This document shows positions 1 through 11,216 of a DNA stretch of 64,000 nucleotides, one piece after another. Position 1 is the first letter of the stretch; every line of letters starts with the position of its first letter. The stretch lies in assembly GCF_018350175.1 (NCBI RefSeq), contig NC_058368.1:120034001-120098000 (forward strand), in the 5' to 3' direction. The notes beneath the pieces were generated by a model, which saw only the letters and a list, made by a program, of their open reading frames with translations, ran no database searches and had not been told where the DNA came from. Source of the stretch: Felis catus. Taxonomy: Eukaryota. Made by a program: the position numbers and the translations under genes.

Positions 1-69
1 TTTATTCCAGATGTTTCTTAATCACTTTAAGACCCCAGAACACTAATACAATCCAGTGTGACCTCCCCC

Positions 70-180
70 AGCTGTCAACACAGAGCCTGACATGGGGCTC
101 AATCCCATGAGCTGTGAGATCATGACCTGAGCTGAAATCAAGAGTCAGACACTTAACTGACTGAGCCACCCAGATGCCCA
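70..180 (-). mobile_element. Can-SINE fragment (tRNA-derived head, no CT/poly-A tail)
   Basis: Reverse complement reads gggcatctgggtggctcagtcagttaagtgtctgactcttgatttcagctcaggtcatgatctc, the Can-SINE head. Confidence 0.9.
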
Positions 181-538
181 ACACTTTAGGGAAACATTCT
201 GAAGGTTCTCTTAATATTCACATATCCTGTGAAAGTTTTACAATGCAAAAATACTTGATAGCAAGATATTTGTAAATTTCTTTCAAGTTCCATTCCTTTC
301 CCCTCCAGAAGAGTAATGTTGAAAGTGTGTAAGCAGTACACAGAGGTGACCTTAATGTTTTTGTTTTTCATCTTTCCCAGGTAACCATGTTCTGAGATTT
401 ACCTATTCCTTATGACTGATTGAAATTGAAAAATGACACTTTCCATCTTTCAAAAGAGTTCTGTAGTTCTTTGCAACATCCCCTTCTAGCTAGCAAATTA
501 TCCAAATTGGTAATTTTGATTAAATCTCTGGTACATGA

Positions 539-3500
539 CAGAAACATCACTACAAGCATGAAACCTACAGACATCACAATGACTATAAACCCATATCTTT
601 CTATAATAACACTGAACGTAAATGGACTAAATGCGCCAACCAAAAGAGATAGGGTATCAGAATGAATAAAAAAACAAGACCCACCTATTTGCTGTCTACA
701 AGAGACTCATTTTAGACCTGAGGACACCTTCAGATTGAAAGTGAGGGGATGGAGAACTATCTATCATGCTACTGGAAGTCAAAAGAAAGCTGGAGTAGCC
801 ATACTTATATCAGACAAACTAGACTTTAAATTAAAGGCTGTAACAAGTGATGAAGAAGGGCCTTATATAATAATCACAGGGTCTATCCATCAGGAAGAGC
901 TAACAATTATAAATGTCTATGCGCCGAATACGGGAGCCCCCAAATATATAAAACAATTACTCACAAACATAAGCAACCTTATTGATAAGAATGTGGTAAT
1001 TGCAGGGGACTTTAACACTCCACTTACAGAAATGGATAGATCATCTAGACACACGGTCAATAAAGAAACAAGGGCCCTGAATGATACATTGGATCAGATG
1101 GGCTTGACAGATATATTTAGAACTCTGCATCCCTAAACAACAGAATATACTTTCTTCTCGAGTGCACATGGAACATTCTCCAAGATAGATCACATACTGG
1201 GTCACAAAACAGCCCTTCATAAGTATAAAAGCATTGAGATCATACCATGCATACTTTCAGACCACAATGCTATGAAGCTTGAAATCAACCACAGGAAAAA
1301 GTCTGGAAAACCTCCAAAAGCATGGAGGTTAAACAACACCCTACTAAGAATGAATGGGTCAACCTGGCAATTAGAGAAGAAATTAAAAAATATATGGAAA
1401 CAAATGAACATGAAAATACAACAATCCAAACGCTTTGGGATGCAGCGAAGGCAGTCCTGAGAGGAAAATACATTGCAATCCAGGCCTATCTCAAGAAACA
1501 AGAAAAATCCCAAATACAAAATCTAACAGCACACCTAAAGGAAATAGAAGCAGAACAGCAAAGACACCCCAAGCCCAGCAGAAGAAGAGAAATAATAAAG
1601 ATCAGAGCAGAAATAAACAATATAGAATCTAAAAAAACTGTAGAGCAGATCAATGAAACCAAGAGTTGGTTTTTTGAAAAAATAAACAAAATTGCTAAAC
1701 CTCTAGCCAGGCTTTCGTTCTCAAAAGGAAAAGGGAGATAACCCAAATAGATAAAGTCATGAATGAAAATGGAATTATTACAACCAATCCCTCAGAAATA
1801 CAAGGAATTCTCAGGGAATACTATGAAAAATTATATGCCAACAAACTGGACAACTTGGAAGAAATGGACAAATTCCTAAGCTCCCAAAACTCAAACAGGA
1901 AGAAATAGAAAACTTGAACAGACCCATAACCAGTGAAGAAATTGAATCAGTTATCAAAAATCTCCCAACAAATAAGAGTCCAGGACCAGATGGCTTCCCA
2001 GGGGAATTCTACCAGACATTTAACACAGAGATAATACCTATCCTTATCCAGCTGTTCCAAAAAATAGAAAGGGAAGGAAAACCTCCAGACTCATTCTATG
2101 AAGCCAGCATTACTTTTATTCCTAAACCAGACAGAGACCCAGCAAAAAAAGGAGAACTGCAGGCCAATATCCCTGATAAATACAGATGCAAAAATTCTCA
2201 ATAAGATATTAACAAATCAAATTCAACAGCATATAAAAAGAATTATTCACCATGATCAAGTGGGATTCATTCCTGGGATGCAGGGCTGGTTCAACATTTG
2301 CAAATCAATCAATGTGACACATCACATTAATAAAAGAAAAGATAAGAACCATATGATCCTGTCTATTGATGCAGAAAAAGCATTTGACAAAATTCAGCAA
2401 CCTTCTTAATAAAAACCCTCAAGAAAGTCGGGATAGAAGGAACATACTTAAACATCATAAAAGCCATTTATGAAAAGCCCACAGCTAATATCATCCTCAA
2501 TGGGGAAAAACTGAGAGCTTTCCCCCTGAGATCAGGAACACGACAGGGATGTCCACTCTCACCACTGTTGTTGAACATAGTGTTGGAAGTGCTAGCATCA
2601 GCAATCAGGCAACAAAAGAAAATCAAAGGCATCAAAATTGGCAATGATGATGTAAAGCTTTCACTTTTTGCAGATGACATGATATTATACATGGAAAACC
2701 CGATAGACTCCACCAAAAGTCTGCTAGAACTGATACATGAATTCAGCAAAGTCGCAGGGTACAAAATCAATGTACAGAAATCAGTTGCATTCTTATACAC
2801 TAATAATGAAGCAACAGAAAGACAAATAAAGGAACTGATCCCATTCACAATTGCACCAAGAAGCATAAAATACTTAGGAATAAACCTAACCAAAGATGTA
2901 CAAGATCTGTATGCTGAAAACTATAGAAAGCTTATGACAGAAAGTGAAGAAGACATAAAGAAATGGAAAAACATTCCATGCTCATGGATTGGAAGAATAA
3001 ATACTGTTAAAATGTCAACACTACCAAATCAATCTACACATTCAATGCAATCCCAATCAAAATTGCACGAGGATTCTTCTCGAAACTAGAACAAGCAATT
3101 CTAAAATTTGTATCGAACCACAAAAGACCCCGAATAGCCAAAGTAATTTTGAAGAAGACCAAAGCAGGAGGCATCAGAATCCTACACTTTAGCCTCTACT
3201 ACAAAGCTGTAATCATCAAGACAGCATGATATTGGCACAAAAACAGACACACAGACCAATGGAATAGAATAGAAACCCCAGAATTAGACCCACAAAAGTA
3301 TTGCCAACTAATCTTTGACAAAGCAGGAAAGAATATCCACTGGAAAAGAGACAGTCTCTTTAACAAATGGTGCTGGGAGAACTGGACAGTAACATGCAGA
3401 AGAATGAAACTAGACCACTTTCTTACACCATTCACAAAAATAAACTCAAAATGGATAAAGGACCTGAATGTGAGACAGGAAACCATCAAAACCCTAGAGG

Positions 3501-4656
3501 AGAAAGCAGGAAAAAACCTCTCTGACCTCAGCCACAGCAGTTTCTTACTTGACACATCCCCAAAGGCAAGGGAATTAAAAGTAAAAATGAACTATTGGGA
3601 CCCCATGAAGACAAAAAGCTTCTGCACTGCCAAGGATACAATCAACAAAACTAAAAGGCAACCAAAGGAATGGGAAAAGATATTTGCAAATGACATCTTG
3701 GACAAAGGGCTAGTATCCAAAATCTATAAAGAGCTCACCAAACTCCACACCTGAAAAACAAAAATCCAGTGAAGAAATGGGCAGAAAACATGAACAGACA
3801 CTTCTCTAAAGAAGACATCCAGATGGCCAACAGATGGCATCCAGATGGCACATGAAAAGATGCTCAACATCGCTCCTCATCAGGGAACTACAAATCAAAA
3901 CCATACTCAGATACCACCTCACGCCAGTCTGAGTGACTAAAATGAACAAATCAGGAGACTATAGATGCTGGTGAGGATGTGGAGAAACAGGAACCTCTTG
4001 CACTGTTGGTGGGAATGCAAACTGGTGCAGCCTCTCTGCAAAACAGTGTGGAGGTTCCTCAAAAAATTAAAAATAGATCTACCCCATGACCCAGCAATAG
4101 TACTGCTAGGAATTTACCCAAGGGATACAGGAGCGCTGATGCGTAGGGCACTTGTATCCCAATGTTTATAGCAGCACTCTCAACAATAGCCAAATTATGG
4201 AAAGAGCCTGAATGTTCATCAACTGAAGAATGGATAAAGAAATTGTGGTTTATATACACAATGGAGTGCTACATGGCAATGAGAAAGAATGAAATATGGC
4301 CCTTTGTAGCAACGTGGATGGAACTGGAGAGAGTTATGCTAAGTGAAATAAGTCACAGAGAGAAAGACAGATACCATATGTTTTCACTCTTATGTGGATC
4401 CTGAGAAACTTAACAGAAGACCATGGGGGAGGGGAAGGAAAAAAAAAAGAGGTTAGAGAGGGAGGGAGCCAAAGCATAAGAGACTCTTAAAAACTGAGAA
4501 CAAACTGAGGGTTGATGGGGAGTGGGAGGGAGGGGTGGGTGGGTGATGGGTAGTGAGGAGGTACCTGTTGGGAGGAGCACTGGGTGTTGTATGGAAACCA
4601 ATTTGACAGTAAATTTCATATTTAAAAAAATAAATAAATAAACATTAAAAAATAAA
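539..4656 (+). mobile_element. LINE-1, 5'-truncated in the inter-ORF spacer, young carnivore subfamily
   Basis: ORF2 fragments (EN, RT, C-terminal), G-rich 3'UTR and A-rich tail. The direct repeat taaatctctggtacatgacag flanks it at 521-541 and 4657-4677. Confidence 0.97.
579..4404 (+). pseudogene. L1 ORF2 (endonuclease/reverse transcriptase), disrupted
   Basis: Starts MTINPYLSIITLNVNGLN; carries [21 protein letters not shown] and HCWWEC motifs. Stops at 663-665 and 1134-1136 plus several frameshifts. Confidence 0.95.
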
Positions 4657-4995
4657 TAAATCTCTGGTACATGACAGTAGTTTAAATATTTACCAAAAAC
4701 ATACTTTTAAAATCAATAGACAGTGAATTATGGGATTTAAAATGTAACAATTTCGTTCCTCTTTTGAGAAATTGGTTTGGGGGTGGGTCTGGGGAGCTCC
4801 TCTGTCAGACTCACTGCCTGGTGATTAAATTGTAACATGTAGGGTGCAGGATTAATTGTCTGGTGAGTGATGGTGCCTCACTTGTGCACAAAATGTTTGA
4901 GTTTATGACATACTTCTACAATTCTATTCCACTCATCTTTACAATAACTTGATGAGACATGTAGAAAATGTTGAGCTGTTCTCAATAGGCAAGGT

Positions 4996-5189
4996 GGGGC
5001 ACCTGGTTGACTCAGTTAAGCATCGGACTCTTAGCTTTGGTTCAGGTCATGATCTCACTGTGAGTTTGAGCCCTACATTGGGCTCTGTGCTGACAGCGTT
5101 GAGCCTGCTTGGGTTTTTCTCTCTCTCTGCCTCTCCCCTGCTCGCATGCACACTCTCTCTCTCAAAATTAATAAATAAACTTAAAAAAA
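4996..5189 (+). mobile_element. Can-SINE
   Basis: ggggcacctgg head, CT tract, aataaa tail; degenerate TSD aataggcaagg/aatagacacgg. Confidence 0.92.
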
Positions 5190-5347
5190 TAGACACGGAA
5201 AAGTAAGGGTTGGAGAAGCTGCGTGGATAGAGAAGGTGACACAGAGAGTGTCAGATTGCGGTTTCGGAATTTGGCCTCTGGTTCCAAAATCAGTGTTTCT
5301 CCCTTAGACAATATTATCTTGGATGTGTACCTCACACATACCTGTTG

Positions 5348-5700
5348 GGTTGCCTGGGTGGCTCAGTTGGTTAAGTGTCTGACTTTGGTCATGTGTTCAG
5401 CTCAGGTCATGATCTCCTGATTTGTGGATTTGAGTCCCATATCAGGCTCTATGTTAGCATCCTGGAGTCTGCTTGGGATTCTCTCTCTCCCTCTCCATCC
5501 TCCTCTTACTTGTCTCTATCAAAATACTACTACTAATAATAAATGTTAATAATAATAAATACATTATAATTATAATTATAAATATAATTATAAATAAAAC
5601 ATATAATATAATATAATAATTATATAATATATTAATAAATATAAATAATTATAAATAAATAATAAATGTTTTTTATTTATTATTTATTTATTTTTAATTT
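5348..5700 (+). mobile_element. Can-SINE with expanded AT-rich tail
   Basis: cctgggtggctcagttggttaag head; tail becomes ~170 bp of AT-rich low-complexity sequence. Confidence 0.88.
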
Positions 5701-5844
5701 GGAATCCCCTCCTTGAGTGTAACCCCATCAATATCAGTGGTCTTCTATTTATCTTTGTATTCCTAGAGACCATCACAGCCACAGTGAGCAGAGTTACTAA
5801 CTATGTTGGTATTTGATAAATCAATAAATCCATCTCAATAGTAA

Positions 5845-6050
5845 TATTTACTGAGTGTTGACTTGTTTCAGATGCTAATGCTGATAGTGCTTTGTTGCAG
5901 ATGCTAATGACTTCATTAACTCATTTGGTCCTTGCAATAACCTTATGAATTCGATGCGGTAATTATTATCTCTGTTGTATAGTGGAGGAAACTGGGTCAG
6001 CCAAAAGTGATGTAATGCACCCACAGCCAGGAAGTGGTAGAGCTAGCGTT
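5845..6050 (-). mobile_element. MIR remnant
   Basis: MIR core-like attattatctctgttgtatagtggaggaaactggg...gaagtggtagagct. Confidence 0.6.
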
Positions 6051-6054
6051 TAAC

Positions 6055-6122
6055 GTTTTTTAATGTTTATTTGTTTTGAGAGAGAAACAGAGAGAGAGAG
6101 CCAGCGAGCCCTAGCAAGGGAG

Positions 6123-6163
<41 letters not shown>

Positions 6164-6296
6164 GAGAGAGGGAGAATCCCAAGCAGGCTCTGTGCTTTCA
6201 GCAAGAACCTGACGCTCGGTCCAGACCCCATGAGATCATGACCTGAGTTGAAATAAAGAATCAGACACTTAACAGACTGAGCCACTCAGGTACCCC
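6055..6296 (-). mobile_element. Can-SINE
   Basis: T-rich tail, (GA)n, head at right; degenerate TSD tagagctagcgtttaa/tagagctggtatttaa. Confidence 0.92.
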
Positions 6297-6389
6297 TAGA
6301 GCTGGTATTTAAACCTGGCACAGATTTAGCTGCTGTGTTCTCCTGTCTTGCAGTATTTGCTTCCATTTTACACAGATCAGGTAATAATG

Positions 6390-6890
6390 GTGGGGTGGTA
6401 TGAAGGCGAATGACAAATTACCAACAAGTCTTCCATGGAAGAGTGTGAAATTATAATCTCTCCTGTTAAATCTGGGGAGTTTGAAAGTGACATTATGTGG
6501 CTGCCAAGACTGGGCCATAGGTGGCCATGCCCCTTCCACCTTGTTACATGGAACATCTATTAATAAAGTCCTGAACTGCAATGAAAGTCCTCTAACTAAC
6601 CAGAGGATGCCAGACTGACAAAACCCAAGGCTTGCAGAGAAGCTCTGTGTAGGCACCTCCGATTAATAGTCCCAGCTGATAGTAGCTTTCTAGGTTGACT
6701 CAGTGCTGCTGTCAGAGGTATAAATGGAGAACGCTCTAGAAGTTTCCTTCCTAGGTTTGTGCATCACTCCCTGCCATTCTAGTGTTGCCAGCTAAGGCCC
6801 CAGATATTGTGCCCTTTCTGTATTCCCAATTCATAGGATCTGTGAGCATAACAAATGGTTGTTGTTTTATGCCACTACAATAACCAAAAT
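6390..6890 (+). mobile_element. MaLR LTR (MLT1F/G/H-like), old
   Basis: 3' end gctaaggccccagatattgtg...gtgagcataacaaatggttgttgttttatgccacta resembles MLT1 LTR ends (from recall). Confidence 0.6.
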
Positions 6891-8060
6891 AATGGGATTT
6901 AATCATGGTTAAATAAACATGCCCATATCCTGAAGCCACTTGCTTTCTGGTGATATTATTCTAGGGCTGTTGGGTTGAACCAATCAAACACGTCCTGTGT
7001 TACACACACCACACCAGAGGGTGCCGTGCATTAAGCCGACAAAAGAGTTTAAAGGGATTGGCCTGTTGAAAAGCTCTTTGCTTCCAAGAAAGCCACAGGA
7101 ATATGGAATCTCTTGTTGATACTCTGCTGAGCTCAGTGCATTGTGTGTTTATTCTTGGCTTCTTGCCCAAGGAGTCTTGGCAATCAAGTTGCTCCTTCAC
7201 TGATTATTTTGCAACTGGGTATGAATTACTGCCACTGTACTTAGGTTTTATTCTCCATGTAACGGCTGCTTTGGCTAGCTTCCTTGACCATGCAAGTCTG
7301 TTCACCACCCCTAGCTTTGTCCAGGACAAGCCAGACCTCAAGAAATTAAAGAATGGCTACTGTTAGCTAGGGCTCTCTTCTTAAAGCAGGATACATTTTC
7401 TTGGTTTTGTTATTTGTATATCCTCCTATAGACTGAGGGTATCAGTTTGCTCATCCAGGTTCTAGGCATCTCTAAGAATGCATTTGTGGATTCTGAACAC
7501 AAAAGACATGAAAGGACCTTATTGCTAATGCGTATGAGTAACAGCAGTTGTGATGTGTTCCAAGCCAAAATTGCTATCTGAACCATTCATTTATTCATTC
7601 ATTGAAAAATGATTAATTGAAGTCTACATGCAAAGTATTCTGAATCTCCACCTAAACCAGAAACACACTACATTTATTTCCTTTTCTTTTACTTCTATCT
7701 TTGTAGTGCCTGTACTATGGAAGGCTGTGCCCTTATCCACAGGGTACCTGACACAATTTAGGGGCTCAATTTCATATTTGTTGAATTACTATAAAACACA
7801 GGTGATTTTTTCCCTTTAGCGTGTGTTTATTCATGAAGTCTTTGCTTATTTTCTTATCTTGTATTTTGCCTTTCCTCTAAGCTCCAGATGTCTCAAATGT
7901 GTACTTCTTATGTTATGGAATTTGGATTTTCTATTACACTTCTATGTGCTTTAAGTCAGTAAGTGCCTTATCACCCGCTAAGCACTATTTGGTTGATGAT
8001 CCATGAGGCATTTGATGTTTGGCAAGTTCTTTTTTCTCTCTAGGCCTCAGTTTCCTCTTC

Positions 8061-8285
8061 TTTTTTTAAAAAAATTTTTTTTCAACGTTTATTTATTTTT
8101 GGGACAGAGAGAGACAGAGCATGAACGGGGGAGGGGCAGAGAGAGAGGGAGACACAGAATCGGAAACAGGCTCCAGGCTCTGAGCCATCAGCCCAGAGCC
8201 CGACGCGGGGCTCGAACTCCCGGACCGCAAGATCGTGACCTGGCTGAAGTCGGACGCTTAACCGACTGCGCCACCCAGGCGCCCC
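8061..8285 (-). mobile_element. Young felid Can-SINE (SINEC_Fc-like)
   Basis: CpG-rich near-consensus copy; flanked by repeated tcagtttcctcttct. Confidence 0.97.
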
Positions 8286-8475
8286 TCAGTTTCCTCTTCT
8301 ATAAATTAAGGCATTTCACTTAGGTAAGTGGATTGCAGTCTGCATGTCAAGAACCTCAGGGACAAGGTTGAGGAGTGGCTATATTTTGTTTCTAAGACCT
8401 TCCCATTTATATTTAAAATGTAATTTGTGAGAAACATAGAAGGGATCCTTATACAGGCAGGTCAGAATTATTGAT

Positions 8476-8682
8476 CTGTTGGCAAACTATGACCAGCCAG
8501 CAGCCTGTTTTTTATAGCCTACACGCTAAAAATGTTTTAACAATCATTTTTAAAATGTAAAGATCAAACACCAAATAGAGAAGAAAGAGTATGTGACAGA
8601 GACGATACTATGACCTGAAATGCCTAAAATATTTATCTAAAATATTACTCTGGCTCCTTACAGAAAAAGTTTGCTGATGCCT
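8476..8682. mobile_element. MER58-like hAT MITE
   Basis: Ends gttggcaaact ... aaaagtttgctga form degenerate TIRs; internal cctaaaatattta motif. Confidence 0.7.
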
Positions 8683-8884
8683 AATGTGGACCAAGGATAA
8701 TGTGGACCAAGGACGTGGCTTAGATGCTGCTGTTCTGTTTTACCGTGAGCATGGCAGGCACCTTTAATGGGTTACAGAAACATTCTCCGACTGCTTTAGG
8801 ATCCCCATCAACTAATTACTCCTGGAAGTTCATACTAATCTAGTGGGGTTGCCCTTTTACCCCTCAAGTTTCCTAAGAAGACTT

Positions 8885-9343
8885 TTGAGGCATTCTCTGC
8901 GAGTGCCCCCAGCCCTCTCCTTCTAACCTTTAAGCGCATTTTAGCAGACGTCTTCTGCCATTATCATCCTGTCTCGTGCCCAAGGGCTTTCTCCAAGTCG
9001 CTGAAGGTGGCACTGCTCCGGACTCCTAACAGGTCAGAAATACCAAGGAATTACCACCTCTGGGAACAGCTGCAGGAGTTGGTGTATAAATACCCCAGCT
9101 GTCTTGCTTTTTGGATAGGATAATTTGAGCCGTCCTTAACAAAATCTGAGTTTCCTCATGAGGTTAAGCTATATTCATTCGCTCATTACGGAAGCTGGCT
9201 AAGTAATGCACATTGATTAGCTGCCTTCCTTTTTCTTTGACATTTTCCTCTTTCCTGCTGATGCTGTCTGCATCTCTCCAGTAAACCGCTTGTATCCAAT
9301 TCCTTATCTCAGAGTGTGCTTCTGGCAAAACCTAAACCAAGAC
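8885..9343 (+). mobile_element. ERVL solo LTR (LTR16-like)
   Basis: ggagttggtgtataaataccccagct TATA region and 3' end tccttatctcagagtgtgcttctggcaaaacctaaaccaagac. Confidence 0.7.
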
Positions 9344-10859
9344 CGATTTCAAATCTGCTCTTCCAGGGAAGTAATGCTTTTACAAAAGCCACTAACTTAA
9401 AGCATCAAGAGTCTCACTTACAAGTCCTGGAAATTGCTGGCTGCAGTTACTGATTTTGAGGACAACCCAATTTTGTGTGGTCTGATGTCTCTATTGTTGA
9501 CTCTGACATTATGGATGGGTCAAGCAATTAATTTTCTGATTGGATACTGGGAGCTTTCAGCCTATTTCTCCAGATGCCTATTTCTCCAGACTCCTATTAG
9601 TGAAGAAACTTCCTAGGTGCCCTTATAATGGAAAATTCACAACCAATAAACAATTGAATCTTAAGATTTACATTGGCCAGGCAGGTTGCTATACCAAGCT
9701 CTAATAATAACTCCATTTTTCCTCACACACTGGCAGAAAATGCAGGCAGCTGTGTCCAATTATGCTGAGCACAGCAAACTCAAACTTATTAAAGGTAGGA
9801 AACAGACTGTTTCAGGATGTGAAAAACTCAACATAATGTAAAGATAATTTCTCAAGTGTGTGGTTTAGCTGCTGTTTTTATTTTATTTCTTAAGCCAGAA
9901 TTAAGTTTTTAGTTCCCAGTATAGAGGAGGGAACATGGTCTTTTTTAATACATGAAAGTCAGAGTCCCCGTATATGAGTCGTGTTTCTGGACCAGTCAAC
10001 AGCTAAAGTGAATGACCCACACAAATGATTTGTTTGATTTTTGTGGTCCAAATATGCAATTAATAATGCCTTCCTTGTAAGAGGAATTTCGATTAACATT
10101 TATTGTGGGCTTTGAGATCTAATACCAACATGTGGAAAAAAGGAAGTTGGAAGAGAACTTTAATTAATTGGCTCATGGGTTTGCATGGCATTTGGGAGCA
10201 GTGTTTCATGAAATGGCTTTCATGATACTGAGAAAAAATTCATTTTTTTTAAAGAAAAAACATTTTTTTCCAAATAACTTTTCCTCCTTTCACCACCTCT
10301 GGCTTCCCCTGAGAAGTTGATTCCATCAGCGGCTTGTTCCATTGCCATGATTCTGCTGATCTTTGCCAAGCTTTTAAATAGAGTTTTCCATGGTGTAAGA
10401 AAGACCTGGTTCAACTTTTCTCCCTCTTCTAATAGAAATAATTGATCCCTCTGCTTGCTGTCTCTAATGAGAGCCAGCCAGGGATCAGTCTCTCTTCTAA
10501 CTCTTGGACTAATGGAATGTTTTCTGCATCATGTGATGTTTTACACCTGTTTTGCAGAACCATACACATAAGGTGTTTCATGCTTCTGAAATCTTGTACC
10601 TTATTTTTCTATACAACTTTCGTGTTTGCCCATCTAAATTAGATCCTTTGTCACACTTACTCATGACTGTGTGTTTTCCTTTCAATGAGTTTAGCGCTGT
10701 TTTTAATTAAATATTCATTTAGTTGGTTATGTGACTAATGTCTTTGTTTCCCCAGTAGCCTCTATGTCCCAAGAGAGCAGGGACCATATTGGTCCATCAC
10801 TATATTCTCAATGATAAGACTTTTCCTAATACATAGTATTGTTAAATGATAAGAATTGC

Positions 10860-10945
10860 ATATTATATATACTCACTAACACACATATATATTGAATTAT
10901 AATTATTGTTCAATACTATGTTTTATGAACATACTTAACCCTAGA

Positions 10946-10985
<40 letters not shown>

Positions 10986-11216
10986 TATACACATGCATAT
11001 GTAACATATAAAGTATATATAATAAAATATAACATATAATAAAACAATACAATAAAATGTATAATATATATACATTACTATATACCACATAATATACACA
11101 CATTATACTGTATAATATGCAATATACTATATAATGCATATGTATGTGTATTAACACATATACATCTATGTAGAAATATATGTGTGTGTATATCTATATC
11201 TATCTATCTATCTATA
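10860..11216. repeat. AT-rich low-complexity region with (TA)n and (TATC)n microsatellites
   Basis: Seen directly in the sequence. Confidence 0.9.

Noticed and set aside
1217..3555. Antisense ORFs of 86-141 aa within the L1 (similar ones at 21566-25344)
   Set aside because: They are by-products of the A-rich L1 sense strand and appear in both copies; no evidence of genes.
4507..4550. G-quadruplex-forming tract
   Set aside because: A standard feature of the L1 3'UTR.
5863..5909. Imperfect 18-bp direct repeat (similar cases at 28068-28089 and 57182-57227)
   Set aside because: Isolated local duplications with no array structure; not CRISPR-like.
8003..8323. Recurrent 60-106 aa ORFs such as ERGRGRERGRHRI and MAQSVKRPTS
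   Set aside because: Translations of Can-SINEs.
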